Assembly (NCBI GenBank): GCA_007115975.1 | Contig: SKJJ01000134.1 | Coordinates: forward strand, 52,249-116,248 | Source: Chitinispirillum sp. | GTDB lineage: Bacteria; Fibrobacterota; Chitinivibrionia; Chitinivibrionales; Chitinispirillaceae | Reading direction: 5' to 3' | DNA length: 64,000 bases | Part shown: piece after piece, positions 31,206-41,128 of the stretch | How positions within the stretch are numbered: the first letter of the stretch is position 1 | Layout: every line of letters begins with the position of its first letter | Notes under the pieces: model-generated | Seen by the model: the letters and a program-made list of their open reading frames with translations, nothing else | The model's database searches: none | What the model was told of the DNA's origin: nothing | Made by a program: the position numbers and the translations under genes

Positions 31206-31706
31206 TTAACTCTTTGAGGCGATCTCTTTGAGTTTGCGTGACAGCTGCCCGATATGATTCATCTCTTCCTGAATCAGCAGATCCAGTTGGTCTTTACCGA
31301 GATCTTCACGGACAATACTCTTCATTGAAGTATAGTAGATGACTGAATCTTTTTCAAATCTGATAGCCATCCTGAGAGCATCTTCAGGCCCTTTAAAAGC
31401 AGCGGCACGGGAGACAATAGTATCATCCTGTAAGAAGATATGGTCCTCTGCTGCAGCCTTAAGGTATTGATGAGCGAGGTTTTCGGCATCAGAAATATCG
31501 CTGTTTCCCAACTCCTGGGGAAGTTGTTTAACCAGCTCCTCAAAGAGCTCAACATGTTTTGTTTCCCAATCGGCAAGCTCTTCAAAAAGCTTTTTAACCT
31601 CGTAATCTTCACTGTGCTCAGCAACTGTTTGGTAAAACAACCGGCCGTTTTTTTCAATCTGTATTCCAATGGAAAAAATTTCAACAGCATTAAATACAAT
31701 AGACAT
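31206..31706 (-). CDS. Ferritin-like diiron protein (rubrerythrin-family ferritin domain, no rubredoxin domain)
   Basis: Paired E...ExxH motifs (QIEKNG / ETKHVELF / RFEKDS / EEMNHIG) at four-helix-bundle spacing. Confidence 0.55.
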   Translation of the reverse strand: MSIVFNAVEIFSIGIQIEKNGRLFYQTVAEHSEDYEVKKLFEELADWETKHVELFEELVKQLPQELGNSDISDAENLAHQYLKAAAEDHIFLQDDTIVSRAAAFKGPEDALRMAIRFEKDSVIYYTSMKSIVREDLGKDQLDLLIQEEMNHIGQLSRKLKEIASKS

Positions 31707-31738
31707 AGTGCCTCCTTAAGAACATTCTTCTTTACAGA

Positions 31739-32824
31739 TTAAGCGGTCTGCTTTCTGTATAAAATAGTTTTGGCGTTGGCAATAATTTCTTTTAGCGGCA
31801 GTTTATTTGGACATCGCTTGGAACAGAGCCCGCAGCAGTTACATTTATCCAGTTTCAACCCCTCTTCCCACTGTTTTTTCTCAAACGCTTCAACTGCACC
31901 ATCCATCTTCAGGTAGTAAGCAAGGTTGTAATAGGAGAGACATGCACCAAGATTTACATTTTGAGGACATGGTGCACAGTATCCACAGGCGGTACAGCGC
32001 TGCTCATCGGCGTTTATCAAAGTATCAACCTCTTTTTCAATTTCCCGGTAATCACCACCTCCCGGGGGAGTTGTCTGTTGGATCCAGTGAGCATATTTCA
32101 CCTCTTCCACCGATGAAAACCCTATGAGCAGATGTACATTTGGCAGCGCCATAAGGTATCGCAGTGCAAGCTCCTTCAATCGGTCATGTGAAGCAAGAAA
32201 ACCTCCGGCAAGAGGATTCATTGCAATCACCTTTATGTTTTTTTTCCTGCAATACTCCAACACCCCAAACCGGGTTCTGTTAACCACATTAAAAGGAACA
32301 GTGACAACTTTGAATTTTCCGGTTTCAAGAAACTGCAGAATTGCAGGCGTTTCTGCATGGGTAGTGATTCCCAAATGGTTGTATTTGTCACCAAGCTCCT
32401 GCAGCCCCTCATACCATCCTCCCGCCTTGAAGGCTTCATTGAGCTGTTCCATAGTATGGGTTGTCCAAAGTTGATAATAATCAAAAAAGCCACGGTTCTG
32501 GCGCATCAGTGACTGGTTGAACACCTGCTTGAGTTGCTCCTTTGAGCGTACCCCAAAACCGGTTTCCCCCTTAAAATCGCCTAACTGGTAGCCACCGTTG
32601 CCGGGTGTGCACTTAGCGCTTACCAAAACCTTTTTTACATAGTCGGGATGATTTACCGCCTCTCCAACCCAGTTCTCGGAGTTCTCCTGCTCATTTTGGT
32701 AGCAATAAACCGGGGAGGTATCTACGTAGTTGAATCCATGATCGATAGCACATCGGACCACCGACACCGCGGAGGCTCTGTCTTTAAAACGCATTGCTCC
32801 AATTAAAATTTTGCTCAGTTCCAT
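31739..32824 (-). CDS. Aldo/keto reductase fused to C-terminal 4Fe-4S ferredoxin domain
   Basis: AKR TIM-barrel N-terminus (GFNYVDTSPVY). C-terminal CTACGYCAPCP and CNCCGLCSKRCP cluster motifs. Confidence 0.8.
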   Translation of the reverse strand: MELSKILIGAMRFKDRASAVSVVRCAIDHGFNYVDTSPVYCYQNEQENSENWVGEAVNHPDYVKKVLVSAKCTPGNGGYQLGDFKGETGFGVRSKEQLKQVFNQSLMRQNRGFFDYYQLWTTHTMEQLNEAFKAGGWYEGLQELGDKYNHLGITTHAETPAILQFLETGKFKVVTVPFNVVNRTRFGVLEYCRKKNIKVIAMNPLAGGFLASHDRLKELALRYLMALPNVHLLIGFSSVEEVKYAHWIQQTTPPGGGDYREIEKEVDTLINADEQRCTACGYCAPCPQNVNLGACLSYYNLAYYLKMDGAVEAFEKKQWEEGLKLDKCNCCGLCSKRCPNKLPLKEIIANAKTILYRKQTA

Positions 32825-33100
32825 GGTATAATCCTTGGTTGAATGTTCTTTTTGGGATCAGCAAGAAAAATACAACTGCAAAACGGTTCAGACAAATCAT
32901 GCGTCTAACAAAGAACCCCATAATAGTTGCAGCCTTATTCATACAGGCTTGTTTATGGTCTTAGGTCGATTTTATATTACTACTCCGGCAATACCAGCTT
33001 CAGCAACATTTAGTTGGGAGGAAGACCTCTGCGACAAAGAACCCCTTGCTTTAGAGTCCCCCACCGCGGGCTTTAGGGTATAGCCATAAGGCTCACATCT

Positions 33101-33135
33101 AAAAAACCATGCAATGAGGTTGATTGCATGGTTTT
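33101..33135. terminator. Orphan perfect hairpin with flanking A/T runs (bidirectional terminator-like)
   Basis: AACCATGCAAT-gaggttg-ATTGCATGGTT, an 11 bp perfect stem, flanked by AAAAA on the 5' side and TTTT on the 3' side. It lies in the middle of a 640 bp gene-free region, and no confident CDS ends beside it. Confidence 0.45.
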
Positions 33136-33500
33136 ATCCTGGGGGGCAGAGTGAAGGGTGGACGCAGGCCCGTGGTAAATTCAGTTGATAGAGACCGCAG
33201 AGGGGTGAATTAAAAGAGATGGGTTAAAAGAAGAGAGAGGGGAATCGGGATTGTAGCGGACTCACATCCGTACCTCACACCAGAGGACAAGATAAGTTAA
33301 AGAAACAACCCAAAGCACCACCGGAATTTTCCCCCGACCACGGCAACGTCTTTTCGCCCAGAGTGCTCTTGACATGAGGAAACAGGGCTTGCACCCATGG
33401 GAAGCAGGGGGTTAAAATTGACAAAGAGCTGTTTGATTACCAAAAACTGTAACCTTCGTAAACGGTGCATGTATACAACATTTCAAATATTCGGAAACGT

Positions 33501-35303
33501 ATGAGCAAAAAAGATTCTAGTGCGGTGTATGATGAAAGTAAGATAAAGACGCTTAGTTCCCTGGACCACATTCGTCTGCGAAGCGGGATGTATATCGGTC
33601 GTCTTGGTGACGGGTCAAACCCTGATGACGGGATTTATGTCCTGCTAAAAGAGGTTATCGACAATTCTGTTGATGAGTTTATCATGGGATTTGGGAAAAA
33701 AGTTGACATAAACGTCGAACCCCGAACGGTGATGATAAGGGATTACGGCAGGGGAATTCCGCTGGGAAAAGTAATAGAGTGTGTTTCGGTCATAAATACC
33801 GGCGCTAAATACAATGATGACGTTTTCCAGTTCAGTGTTGGGCTTAACGGCGTAGGTACCAAAGCGGTCAATGCTCTGTCAACCTATTTCAGAGTACGTT
33901 CACACAGAAAAGGGGAGTTCTTTGAAGCGGTATTTGAGTGCGGAAAACTACAATCAAAAAAATCGGGAAAAGATAGCAGTGCCCCGGACGGCACGTATAT
34001 TGAATTTATTCCCGATCCCGGGATCTTCGATGAATACTCATATAATTTCGAGTACATAGAGCAGCGCCTGTGGAATTACGCCTATCTCAATGCCGGCCTT
34101 AAACTCTACTTCGGAAAACAGAAGTTCGAATCAAAAAACGGCCTGCTTGACTTGCTGCAAAGCGAGGTAGGTGATTCTGCCCACTATAAAATCGGTTATT
34201 ACCGTGGCAAACAACTGGAATTTGCATTTACCCATACTAAAGCCTACGGAGAGACCTGTTTTTCATTTGTTAATGGGCAGCACACCAACGACGGTGGCAC
34301 GCACCTGAGTGCTTTCAGGGAGGGTATCCTCAAGGGGGTTAACGAGTTTTTCAAAAAGAACTATACCGGTGTGGATGTACGTGAGGGGATTGCCGGAGCA
34401 GTGGCAGTAAAGCTCAAAAACCCGGTGTTTGAATCACAGACAAAGAACAAACTGGGCAACACCGAAATCAGAGGCTGGATTGTTTCCGAGGTTAAAAGTG
34501 CGGTGGTTGACTTTCTACACAAAAACACGGAAGCAGCCCAAATCCTTGAAAACAAGATTGTTCAGAACGAAAAGCTACGCACCGATCTCAACAAAGTAAA
34601 AAAGGAAGCCAAAGAGGCTGCAAAAAGAATTGAGATCAAGATTCCCAACCTTAAAGATTGCAAATATCACAAGGGCAACGGTGAGAAGGGTGAAAAATCC
34701 ACCATATTTATCACCGAAGGGCAATCTGCCGGTGGTTCCATTATCTCTGCCCGTGATGTGTACACACAGGCAATATACACTCTCAAAGGCAAACCGTTAA
34801 ATGTGTTCGGGAAAACCAGGGCTGCAATTTATCGCAATGAGGAACTCTATGATCTGATGATGGCCCTTGGGATTGAGGATGACGTTGAGAAGTTACGGTA
34901 CAACAAAGTTGTTTTGGCAACGGATGCTGATGTGGATGGGTTCCATATCAGAAACCTTCTGCTCACCTTCTTCCTTACCTACTTTGAAGAGCTGGTGGTA
35001 GCCGGACATATCTACATTCTTGAAACTCCGCTTTTCAGGGTCAGGGATAAAAAAGTTACCCGCTACTGTTACAGTGAAAAGGAGCGGGATGCTGCGATGG
35101 CTCAAATACGAAACTCTGAAGTGACCAGGTTTAAGGGGCTGGGGGAGATCTCTCCAAAGGAGTTCGGGCAATTTATCGGATCAGACATGCGGGTAATAGA
35201 AGTAAATGTAAAATCGATCAAAAACATCCCGGAAACGCTTACTTTTTACATGGGGAAAAATACCCCTGATCGACGCGAATATATAATGGAGAACCTTATC
35301 TGA
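33501..35303 (+). CDS. Type IIA topoisomerase ATPase subunit (GyrB/ParE-like, compact 600 aa form)
   Basis: GHKL ATPase N-terminus (LLKEVIDNSVDE). TOPRIM with the ATDADVDGFHI DxD motif. No proteobacterial GyrB insertion. ATG at 33501. The stop overlaps the next start (ATGA-type coupling at 35301-35305). Confidence 0.85.
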   Translation: MSKKDSSAVYDESKIKTLSSLDHIRLRSGMYIGRLGDGSNPDDGIYVLLKEVIDNSVDEFIMGFGKKVDINVEPRTVMIRDYGRGIPLGKVIECVSVINTGAKYNDDVFQFSVGLNGVGTKAVNALSTYFRVRSHRKGEFFEAVFECGKLQSKKSGKDSSAPDGTYIEFIPDPGIFDEYSYNFEYIEQRLWNYAYLNAGLKLYFGKQKFESKNGLLDLLQSEVGDSAHYKIGYYRGKQLEFAFTHTKAYGETCFSFVNGQHTNDGGTHLSAFREGILKGVNEFFKKNYTGVDVREGIAGAVAVKLKNPVFESQTKNKLGNTEIRGWIVSEVKSAVVDFLHKNTEAAQILENKIVQNEKLRTDLNKVKKEAKEAAKRIEIKIPNLKDCKYHKGNGEKGEKSTIFITEGQSAGGSIISARDVYTQAIYTLKGKPLNVFGKTRAAIYRNEELYDLMMALGIEDDVEKLRYNKVVLATDADVDGFHIRNLLLTFFLTYFEELVVAGHIYILETPLFRVRDKKVTRYCYSEKERDAAMAQIRNSEVTRFKGLGEISPKEFGQFIGSDMRVIEVNVKSIKNIPETLTFYMGKNTPDRREYIMENLI

Positions 35304-37198
35304 TGGCTTTTATTAAAAACATCTATGACATTAATTTTCTTGAATACGCCTCCTATGTTATAAAGGAACGTGCAATACCCCATATCGATGACGGCTTCAA
35401 ACCGGTTCAGCGCAGAATACTCCACACCCTCCATGAGATCGATGACGGAAAGTTTCATAAAGTGGCAAATGTTGTCGGGATGTGTATGCGTTACCACCCC
35501 CACGGAGATGCATCCATAGGTGATGCACTTGTGACCCTTGCCAACAAAGAGCTGTTTATCGAAAAGCAGGGAAATTTTGGAAATGTTTTTACCGGTGACC
35601 CTGCTTCTGCTGTACGGTATATCGAATGCCGGCTCTCTCCTTTAGCAAGAGAAACGCTGTTTGATCCGCAAATCACCCAGTTTATCGACTCCTATGACGG
35701 CAGGAACAGAGAGCCGGTCACCCTGCCATCAAAACTGCCGGTCCTTCTTGCTCTGGGAGCCGAAGGAATCGCGGTGGGCATGTCGACTAAAATAGTTCCT
35801 CATAATATTACAGAGTTGCTTGAAGCACAAATTGCCATTCTCCGGGATGAACAGCATCTGGTGTTTCCTGATTTTATCACCGGCGGTTTTGCCGATGTTT
35901 CAGAGTATAACGATGGCAACGGGAAGATCCTGGTCAGGGCTAAACTTGACACAAAAGACCCGAAGAGAATCGTTATTCGTGAACTGCCCTTTGGATGCAC
36001 CACACAATCGATAATCAATTCAATTGAAAATGCCGCCAAAAAAGGAAAAATAAAAATCTCTGGAATCAGTGACTATACGGCAGAAGATGTTGAAATTGAG
36101 GTGCGCCTTGCAAGAGGCGTACATACGCAGGATACCGTTGATGCGCTCTATGCATTCACGGACTGTGAGTCATCCATCTCTGTGTCGCTGATGGTTATCA
36201 AGGATGAAAAGCCGGTAGTGAAGAGCGTCTCTGAAGTTCTACAGCACAATGCCAGCAGACTGGTTGAAATTCTCAAAGCCGAACTGAAACTGGAAGAACA
36301 GCAACTTAAAGATAAGCTTCATGCAAAAACACTGGAACAGATCTTTATTGAGAACAGAATCTACAAAAAAATCGAAAAAGAGGTCACCGCAGCTGCCGTG
36401 GTCAAGGCTGTTATAAACGGAATGAAACCCTATGATGATATCATAAAAAGAGAAGTGACCCCAGAGGATGTCGAAAGATTGCTTAAAATCCCTATCAGAA
36501 GGATCTCTGCCTACGATATAAACAGAGCCAAAAAAGAGATGATGGACATTAAAAAACGGCTCAGGGAAATACGGGAAGCACTTGCCGCCATCGTGGACTA
36601 TGCGGTGGGATTTCTCGAAAAACTACTCGAAAAGTATGGCAAAAATTACCCCCGGCGCACCGAACTCATTTCATTCAAGAAGGTCGATGTCAGAGAGGCT
36701 GCACAGAGAAACCTCAAACTTCGGTATGACAAAGACACCGGATACCTTGGGTACGAAGTCAATGGCAATGTTCTCTTTGATGTCTCTCAGTACGACAGGA
36801 TCCTTGTAATCCGAAAGAGCGGTGCATATTCTGTCATTGATGCTCCGCATAAACTCTTTGTTGATAAAGGCATGCTCTACTGCGGTTTTATAGATAAGGA
36901 TATGGTTTTCAGCACGGTATATCGCGATGACCAAACCAAATTCCCCTTCCTGAAACGGTGCAAAATAGAGAAGTTTATTCTCAACAAAGGATACACTCTC
37001 ATTCCTGAAAACTGCACGGTTATGAAACTGACAACCGCCCAGGATGGACTTATCAATATTGAGTATAAACCAAAACCACGACTTAAGGTTCTTGAAGAGC
37101 GCTTTGCCATTGGCGACTATCTGGTTAAGGGCACCAAGGCAGGCGGGGTAAGGTTGGCCAACAAAGAGATCAAGAGTGTCAAGATCACCAATGGTTAG
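35303..37198 (+). CDS. Type IIA topoisomerase DNA breakage-reunion subunit (GyrA/ParC-like) with unusually short C-terminal domain (631 aa)
   Basis: N-terminal WHD with catalytic Tyr context AVRYIECRLS and a MRYHPHGD motif. After the coiled-coil end (PRRTELI) only about 175 aa remain, compared with about 300 aa for a full beta-pinwheel. Confidence 0.85.
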   Translation: MAFIKNIYDINFLEYASYVIKERAIPHIDDGFKPVQRRILHTLHEIDDGKFHKVANVVGMCMRYHPHGDASIGDALVTLANKELFIEKQGNFGNVFTGDPASAVRYIECRLSPLARETLFDPQITQFIDSYDGRNREPVTLPSKLPVLLALGAEGIAVGMSTKIVPHNITELLEAQIAILRDEQHLVFPDFITGGFADVSEYNDGNGKILVRAKLDTKDPKRIVIRELPFGCTTQSIINSIENAAKKGKIKISGISDYTAEDVEIEVRLARGVHTQDTVDALYAFTDCESSISVSLMVIKDEKPVVKSVSEVLQHNASRLVEILKAELKLEEQQLKDKLHAKTLEQIFIENRIYKKIEKEVTAAAVVKAVINGMKPYDDIIKREVTPEDVERLLKIPIRRISAYDINRAKKEMMDIKKRLREIREALAAIVDYAVGFLEKLLEKYGKNYPRRTELISFKKVDVREAAQRNLKLRYDKDTGYLGYEVNGNVLFDVSQYDRILVIRKSGAYSVIDAPHKLFVDKGMLYCGFIDKDMVFSTVYRDDQTKFPFLKRCKIEKFILNKGYTLIPENCTVMKLTTAQDGLINIEYKPKPRLKVLEERFAIGDYLVKGTKAGGVRLANKEIKSVKITNG

Positions 37199-37427
37199 GA
37201 TTTACCCGGAGATCGGGACGTATAAACGTGTCGGGCATTCTAATGCCGTTATAGGATCCTGTCCTGTGTTTATCAAAGAGAGCTCTCTGTCGAAGGGCTC
37301 CCACTGCACTCTTTGGCCTGTTGAATTAGTTCGATACGCGGCCCCCTCACCGGAGTTGGCCTACAAGTGTGAGAGTATCCCAAACCACTCTTCCAACCGG
37401 TTAGCCTCCGCACCATGACTCACAATT

Positions 37428-38669
37428 TTAAGGGATAACATTTCCGAATCTTTCAATACTCTGACGCACATCTGACCCGCTTACAGCCTGGAAAGGCCTC
37501 AGGTCAAACTGGGGAAGAATCGCAAAGAGATGATCAAATATATCTGCCTGTATACCTTCGTAAATTTTCCAGTCGATACTGTTTGTGAAAACATACACCT
37601 CAATAGGTAAACCATGCATTCCCGGTTCCAGCTGCCTGACCATCTGAATCAACCCCTTATGGGTACAGCGGTGATTTTTTAAATATTCGGTTATATAGGC
37701 TCTGAAAGTTCCGATATTGGTAAGTCTTCTTCCATTTACAAGCACGGCTAAATCCGCTTCCCGGAAGCTCACCTTGTTATACTCCTCGATCTGAGCGACC
37801 CGTTGTTCCAGATAGGGTCTGAGCAGATTTATCCGCATCAGCTTTTCAACATCATCATGGGTCAAAAAGTGTATGGAGTTGAGGTCTATGTTTATTGCCC
37901 GCCTTATTCTTCGGCCGCCGCTTTCCTGCATTCCCCTCCAGTTTTTAAAGGAAGAGCTGACAAGTTCATAGGCCGGAATAGCAGTGACGGTCATATCGAA
38001 ATTGCGTACCCGAACGGTAGTCATGGAGATGTCAATGATATCGCCATCCGCACTGTGAGCAGGCATCTCTATCCAGTCACCTTTGCGCACGAGGTCCATG
38101 GTGGTGAGTTGAATTCCGGCAACAAGTCCCAGTATGGAATCCTTGAAAATCAAAAGTAATACTGCTGTAAATGCACCCAGCCCTGAAATAAAATAGACTG
38201 GGCTTTTCCCCGCAAGCAGGCTTATGGCAAAAACAGAGGCGACCAGAAACCCAACAACCTTAAATGCCTGCAAAAACCCCCGAATGCTGACCCTTTTGGC
38301 AACATCATACCCCTCATAACCATCCCGTATTGTATTGAGCAGCGCCTCGTAGATGCCATAGCCAACAACGATATAATAGAGACTAAGGAATTTTGAAATA
38401 TTGATGAAAATTTCGGTTGACCGGTCAAAAACAAAGGGAAGCCCGAAACTTAAGACCGTTGCAGGGAGAAGATGAATTGCCCTGTTTATCACCTTGCGCC
38501 TGACCATTATATTATCCCACTGGGTAACGGTCTTTTCACTTACTATTTTCATAAGCCCCAAAAGATACCGAAGCGACACAAAGTGAATAAGCAGTGCTGA
38601 GCAGACAAGAACGCCCAGGGGAACAAGAAATTCAGGAATCGAAAAAACAGATACATCAAACCGGTCCAC
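37428..38669 (-). CDS. Mechanosensitive channel, MscS family
   Basis: Several N-terminal TM helices, then a conserved MscS pore-helix/beta-domain region (GDWIEMPAHSADGDIIDISMTTVRVRNFD). Confidence 0.8.
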   Translation of the reverse strand: MDRFDVSVFSIPEFLVPLGVLVCSALLIHFVSLRYLLGLMKIVSEKTVTQWDNIMVRRKVINRAIHLLPATVLSFGLPFVFDRSTEIFINISKFLSLYYIVVGYGIYEALLNTIRDGYEGYDVAKRVSIRGFLQAFKVVGFLVASVFAISLLAGKSPVYFISGLGAFTAVLLLIFKDSILGLVAGIQLTTMDLVRKGDWIEMPAHSADGDIIDISMTTVRVRNFDMTVTAIPAYELVSSSFKNWRGMQESGGRRIRRAINIDLNSIHFLTHDDVEKLMRINLLRPYLEQRVAQIEEYNKVSFREADLAVLVNGRRLTNIGTFRAYITEYLKNHRCTHKGLIQMVRQLEPGMHGLPIEVYVFTNSIDWKIYEGIQADIFDHLFAILPQFDLRPFQAVSGSDVRQSIERFGNVIP

Positions 38670-39145
38670 TTGGTATTCCCTCCACAGATTGTGTGAATAA
38701 ACAGTTTTGATAATGGCAGAGCTCCCAAAAGGTCAGTACGGATTAACAGTAAAGAAAATGATTTACATCCGTTTTTACTTTACTACCAATAGAACACTCT
38801 CTGTTCTTAACCCTGCTCCACGTTTGGGGAGCCCCGGAACAGGTCTGCGGACTTTACTCCAGTTTTTGAGCGGGTTACAGAAGTACGGGCTAAACTGTAA
38901 ATATACCACTATTCAATGCGAAATATCTGTTTGGGACTGTTTTGCTGTTTAAAAAAATATATTTTAGGCGCAGGCACTGATTAGTTCCTGCTCAATATGA
39001 CCACTGCCAGAGAATAGTCATTAAGCCCTGGAGTAGTTTTCCGTGATTTTTTGCGAAGGTGCAATGGCACCACCTTACTAAAAACCGGTAACAGTTGCAC
39101 CCGTTTGATCTCTATTTCGATCATACTTGGCAGCACGATTAAGTT

Positions 39146-39173
39146 CGGGTGGGACTCAGGGTGAGCGGAACAT
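39146..39173 (+). repeat. Intergenic repeat family 2, copy 1 (CGGGTGGGACTCAGGGTGAGCGGAACAT)
   Basis: This motif recurs at 44788-44814 (CGGGAGGGCTCAGTGTGAGCGGAGCAT) and in reverse complement at 44704-44732. Confidence 0.6.
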
Positions 39174-39320
39174 AGTTTTAGCATACAGTGCCCACAACAA
39201 CTCTTAGGTTTGGCGTCTATGGGCGATGGCGCAAACCGATAACCCGAACACTATTTATATTTTTAACTGAGTTGGCAGACAATAAACAAAAAAGGCCACA
39301 GGCCATAAAGGAACCCACCG

Positions 39321-40064
39321 ATGAGAACCATACTGGCTATTATCGTTTCAGCTGCGATTTCAGGATCCGCGGCCTACTTCTACCTCCACACTCAGCATGC
39401 ATCGGTAGCGATCAGCTCTGACATAATCAAACTGCAGACCGCCCACGCCTTTGTTGAAAAAAGAATCAGTGACATAAAAGAGGACCTTTCCCTGAGACTG
39501 GTACATTTCAGCAAAGAGGTTGAATCGGACAGGGATTTTGCCATGAGCCTTCTTGCTCACAACAATCGCTCTGCTCCTGCTGTAACCAGTGCAGCGGTAA
39601 GGTATATCAAACCGATGGGGTTTTCCATTCTTGAAATTGTCGATTCGGAATCGGTTATTCTTTCAAGCGGCCATTTCCCCGCCAACGCAGGAAACCGTAT
39701 GAGTGAAAAATCAAGAACTCTCGACCAGAACGCCTTGGTTATCAAAGATAATATCAAAGGAGAAGAGCTGTTGACATTGCAATCAAGACACTCTTTTTCC
39801 ATTGCCGATGTACCGTTTTCAGTTATGGGCGGTATAATCATAGACGAAGTTTTTCTTAAAAGCCTTGTTCCTCATCAGCAAGTCGATATCCTGCTCAAAA
39901 AGGGAGACACTGTTAAAGGAATGAATGTGCAGTCCATTTCACCTTTGGTTGATGGAAAAATCATCATCAACAACAGAGAATATCACGCGTCCTCTGTAGA
40001 ACTGGACCGTTCGCAGGGAGAGACAATCTGTGAGCTTATAATCATTGCCGAGATAAAGAATTGA
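39321..40064 (+). CDS. Hypothetical membrane-anchored periplasmic protein (sensor-domain-like, no output domain)
   Basis: A single N-terminal TM (ILAIIVSAAISGSAAYFYL) followed by a ~220 aa soluble domain. No recognisable catalytic motif. Confidence 0.45.
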   Translation: MRTILAIIVSAAISGSAAYFYLHTQHASVAISSDIIKLQTAHAFVEKRISDIKEDLSLRLVHFSKEVESDRDFAMSLLAHNNRSAPAVTSAAVRYIKPMGFSILEIVDSESVILSSGHFPANAGNRMSEKSRTLDQNALVIKDNIKGEELLTLQSRHSFSIADVPFSVMGGIIIDEVFLKSLVPHQQVDILLKKGDTVKGMNVQSISPLVDGKIIINNREYHASSVELDRSQGETICELIIIAEIKN

Positions 40065-40113
40065 AAGCCCCCTATCCAGCCGTCATACATAAACTCTTAA
40101 TAGCTATATTGTA

Positions 40114-41106
40114 ATGGACACCAGTAAGATACTCGAAGTCTTCAGGATTATTTTTCCAGTATTCGCCACAATGAGTCTTGGTGTAGTTCTGCGAAGACGC
40201 AATCTTATGAACGACAACCAGCAGAAGTTCCTGACGGATCTTGCCTTTTACTTTGCCCTGCCAGCACTGATATTCTCCAAACTTTCCGTTCAGCCCTTTT
40301 TCCTTCTTCTCAACCCTGTGCTGATTTGGGGCACCATTCTCCCCATGGGCCTGATATTAGTTCTATACGCTTTTGCTGCCCTTGTACTACGCATGCGAAG
40401 CACTGTTGCGGCTCCCTTTATAACTGGTACATTCTGGGCGAACGTCGGCTATATGGGATTTCCCCTTGTGGCAATGGCTTTCGGTGATGAACAGGGCCTT
40501 GCAATGGCCGCCATTATCAACTCTATCTCTATGCCCCTGTTTATAATAATTGCATTTGTAATAATGGGTGTCAGCAGCCGATCCAAAGAACTACGCTTAT
40601 TGCAGTCGGTGAAGTCGGCGATAATTAACCCGATCATCATCGCTTCGGCTCTGGGGTTACTGACCTCTTTTATTCTTAGTTTTTTTAACTTGAACACTCG
40701 AGCAGATGCTCTGCCACAACCAATTATTATCATTGCCACATCGGCCTACTCCTTCCTTCAGATGATTGCTTCCATGGGACTTCCGCTGGCTCTAATTGCC
40801 GTTGGCGGAAGCCTTAATTTGAAATCGGCCGCACACCATATACCGTTGCTTCTGTTAACGGTTTTGGGCAAGCTTTTATTATTGCCGTTATTAACGTATT
40901 TTCTTATTACCGTTTTTTTTGAAAATGTACAGCAAGAAGTACTCGGGGTCGCAGTTCTTCTGATGGCAACACCGGTAGCAGTAGCATCAACCGTTGTCTC
41001 AGCCCGGTACGAAACCGATACGGCTTTTGTCTATTCACTTGTGGCAATAAGTACAATTGTTAGCTCGATCACGATTCCCTTTTGGCTATATATACTTTTA
41101 TCCTGA
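40114..41106 (+). CDS. AEC-family (auxin efflux carrier/malate permease-like) membrane transporter
   Basis: About 10 TM segments in two inverted halves, with the size and hydropathy profile of the AEC/MleP family. Confidence 0.7.
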   Translation: MDTSKILEVFRIIFPVFATMSLGVVLRRRNLMNDNQQKFLTDLAFYFALPALIFSKLSVQPFFLLLNPVLIWGTILPMGLILVLYAFAALVLRMRSTVAAPFITGTFWANVGYMGFPLVAMAFGDEQGLAMAAIINSISMPLFIIIAFVIMGVSSRSKELRLLQSVKSAIINPIIIASALGLLTSFILSFFNLNTRADALPQPIIIIATSAYSFLQMIASMGLPLALIAVGGSLNLKSAAHHIPLLLLTVLGKLLLLPLLTYFLITVFFENVQQEVLGVAVLLMATPVAVASTVVSARYETDTAFVYSLVAISTIVSSITIPFWLYILLS

Positions 41107-41128
41107 ATTTTCCCGGAGAATAGTTAGA

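Noticed and set aside
32835-33083. 82 aa ORF ending just before the orphan hairpin
   Set aside because: It has no RBS, no recognisable motifs and an atypical composition. Mentioned only as a possible explanation for the hairpin.
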